From the human T2T-CHM13v2.0 reference genome, Homo sapiens: a stretch of 64,000 bases of DNA. Under the pieces are notes generated by a model, which saw only the letters and a program-made list of their open reading frames with translations, was not told the origin of the DNA and ran no database searches. The stretch lies in the NCBI RefSeq assembly GCF_009914755.1, contig NC_060936.1; one strand, written 5' to 3'. A program made the position numbers and the translations under genes. This document shows positions 13,777-27,108 of this stretch, in pieces (position 1 is the stretch's first letter; each line of letters opens with the position of its first letter).

Positions 13777-15449
13777 CAAAAAACTTTCTTTCTCCTGTGT
13801 CCCTTCTCCCAACCTTGATGAACAATGTTCAGATATTACTGTGAATGGCTACAAGTACAAAATACCTCTTTGTTTTGGACTGTTTCATACAGGAAGATAG
13901 AAAAAACATTTTTTAAAGGGTCCTTTTTACAGTACAGCATGAAATATTCTATCAGCACTGAATTTCAACCAGTTAACTCAATACTCCGTCAGTGAAAATG
14001 ACACGCAAATTGGATCTTGTGATGAATAAATAATGAGTCTCATTGAAATCTTCTATGCTATTCTCATAACACTGTGTCTGGGATGCATATTACATCACTC
14101 AGCTCAATTTTCGATACCTGCTGCCTGGGGGAATCAAATTGACTGAGGGGGATCCGATGGATATCAGGTTACTCATACTCAAGCCAGTATTTTCAATTCA
14201 CAGAAAATGATGTGGTTTGCACAAATTTGAAATCCATTGTCATTACCTAGAAGTTCAGTTCCTATCTTAAATGCTTAGAATGGTGGAAATGATAACTTAT
14301 TGTTGATTTATCGAATGAAATTTTATAGAAAGCCAGATTCCATGAGTACATTAGAGATTCCTTAAAAGGCATGAATGGGGTGGTGTAGAAAAAACTGACT
14401 TATGTCAAATGCATTGATGGTTCAAATACATTTGAAAGGTGATACTATGGTAAGGTTGCATAGGATTATAAGTTTTATTTTATTTTAAACAATCAGATTT
14501 TGTACTTAATGGTCATAGTATTTCTTTCTTCAAAAAGGATAATAAGAAACCAAAAGGGAAGAATAGCATCTTCGAAGTCAGTGATGATTTGGTGGTAGGA
14601 AGGTCAGTGTGCCCTTGTTCTCTGGGTTTGTCTTTACAATGCTGCAGTACCCAGATGGCTCCTGTATGCTCTGTTGGTCTGATTATAACTCTTGCATCAA
14701 GAGAAATAGCATGAATTCCGAATTTAATACATGTTTCTTCAGTAATTATGGTCTTGATTAGTGAAGTCAGTTTCCGTTCCAAAGGACAATTTCTTTCTTT
14801 CTCTATGTGTTGATTCACTTAATTTCAGGAATCAAATAAAATGCAGAGATCATAGTATTTCTCTTTGTTGTGATGGGGGATCTGTGTTGTCTGTGTTTTG
14901 GTATGTGGTTGTCAATTTTGCTTATGATTACTGTAAATTAAAGAAAACAGTACAGATAACATGGGGAAAATGAAGAACACCTAAAAAATAAATGACTTAG
15001 TTCCTACTTAAGGGAGCACATGGAAAATATATCCTGAATTCCCATCAAACTGTTGCTAAATATAAAGTACAAATAAGTACTTTTAATATAGAGACCTTGA
15101 TTATATGCAATATCAGTTGTGGATATTTAAACATAATTCAATTTTGTGTATTTAAGAACTGAAAAAAAGATTATACCAAGGTTTCACATGAATGATTTCA
15201 GTACATTTCCATAACTTTTATAAAATGGAAAACTCAAAGTTACATGAAAACCTTATTTCTCCTAATTTCAAGATTCAAGTAAAAATTTGCCCATTTATAT
15301 GATCCACTATATGTAGTCTCTTCTTAAGCTCTCATGACATATTGTAATAAAAGCTAAATATATTTAATATTGTGAAAAGAACTGCTGTTTACTTTGAATA
15401 ACTATTTGGTATTTGGCTAATCTTTTCACGCAGAGATGCTTATAAGTCT

Positions 15450-15670
15450 ATCGGGGAAAGGCCATTGGACTGGTGCCTGCAGATTTAGATTTAAATAGAA
15501 ACTCGGTCATTTTCTAGCTGTGTGACCTTGGGGAAATTTCTAAACTTCTTTGAACATCAGTTAAATGCCCTGTAAAATCAGGGATATAATATCTTCGCTG
15601 TTTTGTGTTAAGTATGAATATAGTAAATGTGTACTCTTTTGCCACGTCCCTGTCTTATAGCAGGTATCAT
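15450..15670 (+). mobile_element. MIR fragment
   Basis: TAGCTGTGTGACCTTGGGGAAATTTCTAAACTTCTTTGAACATCAGTT core. Confidence 0.7.
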
Positions 15671-17070
15671 CATTGTCAGCATTCTATGGCATTTTTGTAG
15701 CATTTTCAGTAATGGTGATCTTTTTATCTGTCATTTTATGGAGCACTCAATTAGCATGGCTGCGGCTATTCTAGAACCATATAGAGTAGTTAATGGAATG
15801 CATGCTGAACTGTCAATCAGCAAAGAATGGAATGCTTGCTATCCTGTTCACCAGTGCTGATAATTGAAAGAAAGCTGAGGAAAAGCCTTTTTCAAGGTTA
15901 ATTCTTCTGAACAACATGATTTGATAATTTATCTTTTGTTTGATTGAGATTGATAACAAGTACATATGCCAGTTTTCCTCCATTGGTAATATCTTGCCAT
16001 CATCATCATCTCATACTTTCAGAGCCTGCTTTCTTTTCCCCTTTGGGCTCAGGAGGGTGCTGTTAGTTATATATCTGAAAATGGAGGGGAGACAGGTTTT
16101 TCTGTTTTTCTCCCCAAACCACCCTGTTTCCCATATATTTTCTTTTAGCAAGGTTTATTGTAGGGAGCAGTAGTTCAGTAACTGCAATAGCTTGCAGGTT
16201 CAAGTCTCTCTCTTTTTTTTTTTTTTTGAAAAAAAAAGGGAGGCACTATTATCATCTAAAGGTTATTCTTCCCCAACCTGGCAGGCAATGTTGTTGCAGC
16301 TGATCCCAGAATCTCTATATAATAAACCTTTTCAGGGAAACGTTGAGTCTGGCTTTGTTGTTGTTGTTGTTGTTCAGTGGTTTATTTTCTCACCTCCTGG
16401 AGCGACAACAGGAGGCAGAAAATTTTGTCTTTAAAGCAATACGGTTTTCTGGCTGCCAAAAATATTTCATGAACTATTTTGGACAACTTAATAACACTCA
16501 GACCAAATTATTTTTACAGAATCCTATATCTTGGTAACTTTGGCTTACTGAGACAAATCTATAGATAAAATTGGTTTTGGATTTCAGAAAATTCAATACA
16601 TAAAAATATGATTTACTTGACAGATGATAGATACATGGGGCGAGTGGCAGGGGTGACCATTTACTTTAAGAAAACTTGAGGATTCGTCATGAGTTTTCTT
16701 TGAGTACACCAAACTTGGATGATCATCAGCTGCTCATGGGGAAATTATTTTAGACTAGAGATGACAGCACAAAACTGGAAGCTACCGAATAAGAATTTTT
16801 TGGTCTACTTACTTTTGTTTGTTTTTAAGGACTTGAGGGGAGAATTTCTGGAGGTGGCAGGAGGGAGACATTTTTAAAAAGCTCTTCCAGTGATTTTGAT
16901 GAATAGCTAGGTTTGGAACCCACTGATGTACATTGAGAATCTGATTCCCTCCTATAATGACATTAAATATTATAAAAATTTCACAAAAACACCAATATTT
17001 TTATAGCTGGAATGGTATACTAGAAACCATTTGTCCATCTCCACAACACCACCCTCTTAAAAGAATTTGA

Positions 17071-17395
17071 GGCCGGGCATGGTGACTCACACTTGTAATG
17101 CCAGCGCTTTGGGAGGCCGAGGTGGGTGGATCGTGTGAGCCAGGAGTTCGAGACCAGCCTGAGCAACATGGTGAGACCCCATCTTTACAATAAATACAAA
17201 AATTAGCAGCATGCAGTGGTGTGCACCTGTAATTCCAGCTACTTGAAAGGCTGAGGCAGGAGGATCACTTCAGTCCAGGAAGTGGAGGCCGCAGTGAGCC
17301 ATGATTGCACCACTGTACTCCAACCTTGGTTACAGAGTGAGACCCTGTCTCAAAAAAAAAAATAAATAAAAAATAAAAATAAAAAAAATAAGAAA
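17071..17395 (+). mobile_element. AluJ
   Basis: Sense dimer with GGAGGATCACTT right arm; TSD AAAAGAATTTGA. Confidence 0.93.
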
Positions 17396-18589
17396 AGAAT
17401 TTGAGGCCCACAAAAATTAGGCCCACGATTAGTTGAGAGGAGAGACAACGGTATATTCTAGCCTCTCCCAACCAGGTTGAATGCTTTTGTCACTGTAAAC
17501 ATATTTCTCTTTTAATGCTTAAAAAATTAGTTTATGGACATTTTCAGTTGGCCATTTGCACTTCAGTTAGACTGGAGACTAGTATTGGAATTCCATGTAC
17601 CTGTCACTCAAATTCATCATTAATTAATTACAATTCTAATTTTTATTTCACCCTGGGTTCTTTTTTCCTTTGTTAATAATTCCAAGCTTCCTCGTGAAAT
17701 TGAGCTGTTGGTAGTTGTTTTTTGTTCCCTTCCTCCCAGGTTCCTCCTTCCCTCCCACCTCAAATAGCTTCAGATAGGGTCTCCTTATTTGCATTTTGTC
17801 ATCCTAGTGCTCCAGCTTGATTTCAGCTCACATTCAAATGGAATGTTTGCTTCTGCAAATAACACAAGCTTAACGCAAAGAGACTAAAATCACAGTGTAT
17901 TTTTCTTTCTAATTTGGTTATTTCCTTTACTAACATGGTGTTACTGTTTGAAATAGTTTATCCCTCAGTAGAGGTCTCTTCTCTTTCATGCCAAACTTAA
18001 GATGGGTTTAGAAGTGGAGAATTAAAAGTAGGGCAGCTCAATCTCCACCTTCTTTCAATTCTACACAGCACCACTGCACAAACTCAGGAGCAAAATTTTA
18101 GTCATTAGCACTGGGCACATCATCTGTGTGTGTAGCATTCATCCTGTTACTTGTAACTCCAGAAATGCGGTGGGATTTTTAAAAAGGCCACCGCTAGAGT
18201 CTTAAAGTTTCTTTGACCACAGAATATCACTTTAGCTTCTTGCTGTCTTGTGAATACTTGAATTGCTGGCAACCCTAATGTAAAAGTGAAAATGACTCCA
18301 AAACTGAGCATATTTCAGAGGTAAAATAGCAAGAAAGGAGAAAATGTGGGGATGCCAATTGAAAAATGGGCTGGCTGAGTGAGAAAAGGGCTGAATTTAA
18401 GTTGTCAAAGCAGCAGCCTGAAGTTTCTGGTTCTTGGACAGGATAATTTGTAGTCTTTGATTCTCTTTCATTCTGCAGTATAATCTTCTCCCTGGCTGCT
18501 CTGACTTCCATATTGTTCAAGAGGAAGAGAAATAACCCATCTGAATTCACTAGCTTTCATTTGCATATACACACAGCTGGTGGTAATGA

Positions 18590-18810
18590 GAACCACCATT
18601 TATCAAGGCTTAGTGTGTGCTAGCAATGTGTCTTCTGTGCAATATTTTGTTCCATTCTATGAAAGCATTAACCTCATTTACAGATGAGATACAGATAAGA
18701 TAAACTGAGGCTTATCAAGTGAAATAATTTGCCTGAGGATTCATAGATAGTATGCAGCAGAGAGAGAATCTCATCTCAAATATCTGACTCCAAAGCTCAT
18801 GGTCTTCCTG
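18590..18810 (-). mobile_element. MIR fragment
   Basis: CATTTACAGATGAG...AAACTGAGGCTT...TCTGACTCCAAAGCTCATG. Confidence 0.65.
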
Positions 18811-19192
18811 TTATACTGTTTTTGTGCAATTTTAGTGAAAATGAAAGATCCAAGTAGTATTACAAAAGAAACAATGATTTTTTTTTTTTTTCACATTACT
18901 TGGCTTTGGGACCAATGCTCATTATCTACAGTAGCTTTGAATACAAATAATCTGTACTTGCAGGTGCAAAAGCTAATTTTATGAGTGCTAAAAATACAAT
19001 GATGGATATTTTCTCTCTGCCCCTAGCAAGTAGCAGACATGTATACAATAACTGTATAACTCTGTGCTAAGTGCTAATATAATTCCTTATGAAATGCTGG
19101 AGAAGCACAAGTGTCAAAAAAATTAATTTAGCCTGGTTAGGGAAGAGTCAAGAGAGTGACAGAAAGTAGTGGTGTCTAAGTAGCTCTGCTCA

Positions 19193-19195
<3 letters not shown>

Positions 19196-19234
<39 letters not shown>
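19196..19234. repeat. (TG)n microsatellite
   Basis: About 19 TG units. Confidence 0.97.
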
Positions 19235-19238
<4 letters not shown>

Positions 19239-20727
19239 AAGACCATTTCATGCTTGTGCATTTCATTTAGGTTTAGAGTCGGTGTCCATTTTTTTTTCTC
19301 CTCAATGCTGCTCATGTGAGGAGAAATTTGTTAAATTCATATTTATTTATTAATACATATGTACTGTTTTCTAAGTACTAATCTAGATGTTGAGGGTAAA
19401 GTAGTGAAGAAAATAGACAAACACCTGCTCTCTCAGGATTTACATTCGTGTGGTAACCATTCTCCAGATAATTTGTGCATTCATTATTTTTACTCCATAT
19501 TACAAAAAAGTTGAACAACACCCCCCCCCCCGCCCACACCCCGCAGTTGCCTAGTATGCAGTAAGACTGAGTTTCAAAGTAAAAAAATAGCCAGATAATT
19601 AGAATATTAGAGGAGTGATACTGATGGATGTGTGAGTGTGTCTAGGCTCTAATTGGTTTGGAAGCCTCCCTGAGACCAGAGACTGGATAGTCTTTTTCTT
19701 TGGCATGCCTCTGTCCCAGAAGGGAAATGGGCATTGAGATCTTGGTATTCTGAGCTTGAACATCACATTGGCCTGCAGGGGCATATCATTTCAACTGTGG
19801 CCTTGCGCTACATTTAACAGACTTAAAGGAGAGGCTTTGTGCATATACCCTGGAGGTTGGTCTTGACTAAGTTTGCCTCTTGTGTGCCTATGCATTTCAC
19901 CTACTCTACATGGTGTTTCTCAAAAGCATGCAAGCAAGAATTATTCGGATTCAATTGACATTGAAACATTTGGTTTGTTTCTGAATTTCATATTGCTGCA
20001 TCATTGCTAATCAACCATATTATTTATGTGTTCTTGACAGGCATTGCTAATACAGGAAAATATTTCCCGCATTGCTTTATATGGGAAATAATGAGTCTGC
20101 ATTACAGAGGCTCCTTGTAATTCAGATAAATTTTTTTCCTGCAAATTTCATAAAAAATACAAAATTGCTTAGACTAATTAGCAATATTTTAATGTCCAGG
20201 AGTGTCCATGTGTCTAATGGTGTCCTAAATTGTGCAGACTCTCTTGTGTGGGTTGTAAAGATCATAAAGACTTTCGATATCTGAGCTTTCCTCTATTTAT
20301 ACAAAAAAGGCCTACATGTTCCCTTATTCAATATCCAAAACCATGAGGCCAGTGACGTATGATTTTGATTTTTTTAAAAATTACTATTCAAAGACAAAGT
20401 GCATAAACCCTGCATTAAATAACACTCCCAACATGGCAACACTTCACAATAAGAAAGACTTAGTATTTCTGCAGGAAAATATATGAATATTTACAGTAAC
20501 TGGAATAAATAAAAACTATAAATTGCCTCATGTCAGTTCAGGTCAGGCTTTTAGTTTTTAATACTTTTATTGAGATGTAATTCACATATCATAAAATTGA
20601 CTCATTTAAAGAATGCAGTGTATTGATTTTGAGTGTATTCAAAGAACTTTTAACTATCACCATCAATCTTAATTTTATATTTTGGAATGGAATTAAGGAT
20701 AGGGATTTTGGCCCTGTTTCAAAGATG

Positions 20728-20728
<1 letters not shown>

Positions 20729-20763
<35 letters not shown>
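20729..20763. repeat. (TG)n microsatellite
   Basis: About 17 TG units. Confidence 0.97.
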
Positions 20764-20766
<3 letters not shown>

Positions 20767-22497
20767 TTTCCAAGTTTAACAGGATCTGTAGTGAAAAGTT
20801 TTGACTTCGAACCATGTGGGTCAGTAAACCTGGTTAAAGTCTTGTGAAGCCCCTGTTTTTTCACTTGTGCCTTTAGTCTGCTTAGCTGTCTATTCTACTG
20901 TATAACAAATTGGCACTGAAGTTTGAGTAATCAGGATATCTTCTTTGGGGTTGTGTATGGGTCAGTATGGTTGGATTCTTAATTTGTTTTTTCAAAACTA
21001 TGATAAATTGTAGGTCCCTACATAATTGCAATTTTCTGGAGTAATAGTCTTACATTAGCATTTGATTGCTTTCTTGGCTGTGTGTTTGGTACATGCAGCC
21101 CTTGATTTCTGAGTAACAGTGGTTTACAGTATAAATATGAATCTGGGTGCTTCTTTTTCTTTCCCATTTACTTGCCTAAGTGATGTTTTACAAATGTCTT
21201 ACATATGCAACAGGAATTAGGTTGTATTTAAAATATAAAATTGTCTTGTTTTTAGCTTTGATGGGGAGTTTTATCGAATTATAAAGGTGACTGTAAAATT
21301 TGGGGTAAACCCAGTTTCCATTCTGTTACCTATTTGAAAAAGGAATCATTTTCAGACAAACCAAACATTTAAAGCAGGGAATGAATTTGGAATTTTTTTA
21401 TCCCTTTAAATAAATGGCCATCCTAAAATATGCCCAGCTTATTGCTTCCTAGAGGCAAATTCACTACTGAACAATTTTAAAAGAGCAATCACATAAAGTT
21501 AATTATGGGGGAACGATTCTATAAAAATTTAATATGCTATTAAGACAGTTGCTGATTTACATCAGATTTATATAAAAGTTGTTTGAACCTGCACCTTTGC
21601 GTCCAGCTGGTAGCCTTTTTCTAGATTAATTAAGTGAAAGCCTCTGAAAAATGTTAGACATTTGAGAGAAGTTGTGATTTCGTAGATAAAGGGAACATGC
21701 TGTGAAAAGTGTGGCCATATGGCATAATGACATAAACCCTGCAGTTCTAATCAGGAGGCCTGAGTTCTCACACAGGTTTTGCCACTACCTAGTTGTGTAA
21801 TTGTGAACAACTCATTTAACCTCTCCAGGAGATTTTCCTAATATGGGCATTTCTGAGGATGCTTCAGGACCAAATTGCATGCTACTTGAATCATAATTTA
21901 AAATATAATTTTACTGCTAAGCCATTTTTGGGTAAAATCATAATTTCGTCTCTTTGAAATAATCTGATTGGAAAGATGGGCTTCTTGTGCAGATATTATG
22001 TTTTTCACTCATTTCTATGAACAAAAGATTAAGTTCCAAAGTGCTTATGTTTTTTTGAAGGCCAGGTAATTTATTGCAAACTGTACTGGGCTATACATTT
22101 TGTGTTTCAGCTTTCAGAAGAATCTATTTACATTTAAAATAATACCCCCTTTTCTCCCTTTTATCATGAAGTTATCTTTTCCATTATCTTTTAAACTTAA
22201 ATACAGTTAATACTTGATTATCTAAAATGGAGCCTTTTATGAGTCAATCCCACTTTCTAATTCTTAACAAATATGGAATAAAATAGGGAATTATGCCATT
22301 TTTACATTACCTGTATAATCATTTTATGCATATAATTAGAACTTGACTCTGATTCATTGTTCCATGCAAGAAAAATAATGCTTTTTAAATACTGAAATTA
22401 ATTTGACAAATAATTTGAAATTAATTTTTTTAATTATAGAGAAATTAAAAGAAAACCTAAAAAAAAATCGTTAAGTGCCATGCTTGATCCTCAATCT

Positions 22498-22650
22498 CAG
22501 GGGTCTGACACTTTCTCTGTAAAGGCCAGATAGTCAATGTTTTTTGCTGTGAGGGCCATATGGAGTTTACTACAATTACTCAGCTCTGCTGTTTATACTG
22601 CAGACAAAGAGTGTGGTTGTGTGTTCTGGGCTGTAGTTTGCTGACTCCTG
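22498..22650 (+). mobile_element. MER58A-like DNA transposon
   Basis: CAGGGGTC...CTGTAAAGGCCAGATAGT...ACTCAGCTCTGC...GTAGTTTGCTGACTCCTG termini. Confidence 0.75.
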
Positions 22651-23490
22651 ATCTTTCTAAGAACTTACTTGCTAAACTCATATGTATGAGTAATTCAGGC
22701 TCTCCAAAGAGATTATGTTTAGGGCAATATATTTGTAGTAATATGAATCATTCCATTTCATACAAGTTGCATGCATTTTACAAGGGACTTTTATGTTCAT
22801 TTTTACTTTTATCTGACACTTTAACTCTTCTGTCATGAGGATATTAATCTTACTTTAAAAATTATTAAATTAAATCATATATGTGTGTATATATATATAT
22901 GTTTTACAGCTGAGGAAGCAAATCCTTAGAGCAGTATGATTTGTCCAGGCTGAGCCTGAGCGTGCAAGACCTTTACTCATTTTTCCTACTCCATATTGTA
23001 TCAGGTATACTAGTGAGCTCATTGAGCAAGTATCTTTGATCCCACTTTGTGTCAGTGAAACTCCTTTACCCTAAAATTTTGAAAATGAGCTAAGTCAGAA
23101 TTTAGCATTACGGCTATTCTCTGGATACTGAATTCATTCAAAATAATCAGACAAAGTAAACTTTGGTAACAATTACCCCATAAAGGAAGCCCAAGTAAGC
23201 AGAAGGTGATTTCCAAGAATAACCACCTCTAGAAGTTCACAGCAGCTGTAAAAATATATCTTCAGTTGAAATTTAGCTTGTGGTGTTAGGGCACTTGATT
23301 TTTTTTAATCCTCTTTTTTCCCCACCAAATTATTTAGATATATTGAACAGATTTATTCATTGCTCTTAGTATAAAAGTTAAGCACTTCTATCATGAAGGA
23401 GAGCTCACGCTTAAAAAAAAAAAAAAAAAAAAAGAAAGAAAACTGAGCAGTAAATGTTGTAGCAGTTTAGTATCTTTTTTCTTGACCAGA

Positions 23491-23700
23491 GTTGTTGTTG
23501 GTGGTGTTGGTATTGGTAATGGTAATGGTAGTAGTGGTGGCGGTGGTGGTGGTGGTGGTGGTGGTGGTGGTGGTGGTGGTGGTGGTGGTGATGGTGATTA
23601 GTATTCATAATGGTGGTGGTGGTGGTGGTGGTGGTATTAGTAATGGTGGTGGTGGTGGTGGTGGTGGTAGTGGTGGTAGTGTTGTTGATCGGGTGGTAGT
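23491..23700. repeat. Compound (GGT)n trinucleotide repeat
   Basis: Three pure GGT runs separated by ATTAGT/AAT interruptions. Confidence 0.95.
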
Positions 23701-23838
23701 GTGTTTCTCACAGTGTTTACCTTCCAGGTGGATATGAAGTGATTGACTTTGGCAGGTGGTAGTGATGTTGATGGGATGGTAGTGTGTTTCTCACAGTGTT
23801 TACCTTCCAGGTAGATATGAAGTGATTGACTTTGGCAG
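23673..23838 (+). repeat. 83 bp tandem duplication (2 copies, 4 mismatches)
   Basis: 23673-23755 versus 23756-23838. Confidence 0.93.
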
Positions 23839-26267
23839 TGAGTTCTGTGTTTTGTTTTAAGTCTTGGTGAGGAGTGCATTGGTGGTTGTGACATATTTCA
23901 GCTGAGAGATAATAGAAAGTTTAATGATGTTAATATCTCTCTTCATGTCTCTCTAAAAATGGGCCGTGTTTTTTCCATCCAAATGAAGAACACATAGGGT
24001 GGTTGAATACCATTGGATTTATTGGTTCAGAATTAAGAAAAGGCTGGGTAATGAAATCTGAAAAGCTCAATGTGAATTTGACATTTTCTCCCTGTTTTTT
24101 AAACTCATCAGGCCAAAATCTTAAATCCTAAATATTCCATAAATACATTCTAATAAGTATTGTTTAATTAGTCTTTTTAAGTATAACTTTATAATTGACG
24201 TTTTTCAAGGTTATTTCAGGTTTTTTTCATTTCGTTTTGTTTTTTGCAACGATTTGTAATATTTACTTCTTTATCTTGATCAGGCTGCTGGCTCTATGAG
24301 GCAGTATAATGCCTGCTGCTTTAATAGCAGTGCGACCTGGGAATCCTCATTTTACCTCTTTGTTTCCCCAATGTCCACATCTCATATCTAGAGTTTTCTG
24401 AAGATTAAATGCATTAATACATAGACATCTCTAAGTGCCCAACAGTGCTCAGTTAATGTGAGCCTTTTTAAATTTTTATCTATTTTAAGAATGCTTTCCT
24501 TCTCTCCAAATTGGCTAATTTAAAAATATGTCATAAAGATCATATGTTTGGCTGTACCTGTGGTTACTAATTTTTTTTTTTAAATATCAAAGTTCATTAG
24601 AGAAGTTGTAATGAAAGTGAATACTGTAATACTGTTGTGTAACATTGCAAAGATATATTAGTCCATTTTTGCATTGATCAAAGTTAAATTTTGTTATTTA
24701 CTACAACAGTAAACTAGGAAGTGGCTGGATTCTTGAGAGATATTTAAAAATTAGATTAAAAATAACTTTCTCTCTGAAACCGCATTCTTAAGTCACAGAT
24801 TTCTATGCGATTATATAGGAGTTTCTCAAATCCTACAATTGCATCCTTTCCAAATTACTGACAGTTGCTGTTTCAGGAATATCCTGTCTCTCATATCAGT
24901 AACCCCTTTGTTTACAAATTATCCTAACACTTCAGCTTACCTCCTAAAGACCCCAGAAGTGAAGTAGATATTTTAAGACCTTTCATTTAGAGCTGGAGAT
25001 GCCCAGAGGAATTATGTAATTTTATTACTGTCTTCTTGTTGTGGGGAACATGCAAGTCTAACAATTCAAAATCTAGTCTTCCTGTCTCCTCTTTCTCCCT
25101 CTCTCATTTCCTCCCCTTACCTGTCCCTCTTTTTCTTCTCTCCTTCCTTATAACACTATATTCTTCTCCTGTTCTTCATTGATTAAAAAGTGACTTAAGG
25201 ATAAGGAACTTGACTTGGCTTCATAGTTCATGTATATTTAAAATATATTTGAAATTATTTCTACAGTAAAGGATGGTCCTTACTTGCCAAAGGAGCTTTA
25301 AATGTTTTCCCATTGTTTTAATGCCCCAATTAATACAGTACCCAGTAGAAGAAAAAACAAAATCAAACTGTTAAAGAAACGAGGGACACCGACATGAAAT
25401 GTGTAAGTTAAAGAAATGGAGAGCTACAATATCACCTAGACATGTATACTTTTAAAAATCCCAGAGTAAAGAACCCCCACTCTATATTGTTTTGTATAAG
25501 TACACAGACACACAGATGAGATTGGGCTATTTGAGCTACGTATTAAGATTCTGGTGTATCTAAAATTGCCCCCAGCCTGTTCTCTTGGTTCATTGTTCTT
25601 TTGTTCATTCATTCAGTCATTTGCTCAATCATTCATGTACCCATTCACCCATATGACATGATGTGTTTCTTCTGTGCCAGGTGCTGGTCTAGTTGCTATG
25701 GATAGTAAGTCAGTGAACAAAACATAGATAAATCCTTGCCCTTTCAGAGCTGGTATTCTTGTGGGAGCAGTGAAACTCACTTCTGTAAGTGTGAGATAAT
25801 AAGATTAAGATTGTATGCTTAGTGTCACTTTGGGCCTCAACAACTTCAGATTTGACCTTTACAGTAGTTGATATCTTTCATATGTGATACAAGTTATGAG
25901 ATTGGTGAACTTTGAGAAAGCAGGGATTAATGTAACCTGGAGAAACTGAATTGTTGTTGCAAGTCTTGCAGAAAAAATAGAACTTAGGCTGGAGGTAAAG
26001 AACATTTAAAATTGTGACAATAATGGGTGGATGGATGGGAGTTTGGTTTACAAATAGAATGATACAGGGGGCAGTACCACGAGGGGACTTTGAAACAGTA
26101 AAGATATCAATGTAATTTAGGGAAATTTGAAGTTTAGATAGTAAAGATGGGCCAGATTTTGGACAGTTTTGAACACCCAGCTGAGGACATTGGAATCTAA
26201 ATGTTCTTGCTTTAGAGAATTATCATAGATTGTTGAAGAAGAGTAGTAATTAAAAATATAAATGAAT

Positions 26268-26400
26268 GAGCCAGGTGCGGTGCCATGTTCTTATGGTCCC
26301 AGTTACTCGGGAGGCTGAAGGAGGAGGATCTCTTGAGCACAGGAGTTCAAGGCCAGTCTGGGTAACATAGCAAGGCCCTGTCTCTAAAAATAAATAAATA
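26268..26400 (+). mobile_element. FLAM/FRAM Alu monomer
   Basis: Single Alu arm with A-rich tail. Confidence 0.85.
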
Positions 26401-26787
26401 GATAATGAAAAATTAGAAACAAATGAACAAAGTGCCATTCCATGAGCACAAAGGAAGATGGAATTTCTAGTCCTAGCTGTGATTGAGTCGCTGTCTCTTG
26501 GTGAACACTTCCAACACATATAGACATCAATTTCCTCACTGCAAAATAAACATTGAGGAGATGTTCTCCAATGTTCTGGATTTTATAGATACAAATTTTT
26601 GACCTCTTTGTCTCCTAGCATTGACCAATCTGTGGCTGTATGAACTTTTCCAGTGGGAGTTAATTGTCTCTTATATCAGTTACCACCTTGAAGTCAGGGT
26701 GAGAGTACTTTGATGAACAGAGGTCTGTTGAAGAACTGGACTTGGTGGGTATGAAGTGGGTATTGTAGGGTTTAGTGTGGTTTATAG

Positions 26788-27108
26788 CCGTGGTCCCCAA
26801 CCTTTTTGGCCGGTTTCATGGAAGACAATTTTTCCATGGACTGGGTGGTGATAGTTGCCAGATGAAACTGTTCCACCTTAAATCATCAGGCATTAGATTC
26901 GCATAAGGAGCACACAACCTAGATCCCTCGCATGTGCAGTTCACAATAGGGTTCCAGCTCCTGTGAGAATCTAATGCTGCTCCTTATCTGACAGGAGGCA
27001 GAACTCAGGTGGTAATGCCTGCTCACCGCTCACCTCCTGCTGTGTGGCTCAGTTCCTAACAGGCCATGGAGCAGGACCGGTTCGTGGCCCAGGATTTGGA
27101 GACCGCAG
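26788..27108 (+). mobile_element. MER1B DNA transposon
   Basis: GGTCCCCAACCTTTTTGGC...GAAGACAATTTTTCCATGG...AACCTAGATCCCTCGCATG; 8-bp TSD GTTTATAG/GTTTACAG. Confidence 0.9.

Noticed and set aside
12855-13844. Active or autonomous LINE-1
   Set aside because: No 5' UTR, ORF1, reverse transcriptase or 3' UTR; the endonuclease N-terminus is missing
23411-23894. Poly-His, poly-Val and poly-Gly ORFs
   Set aside because: Simple translations of the (GGT)n tract
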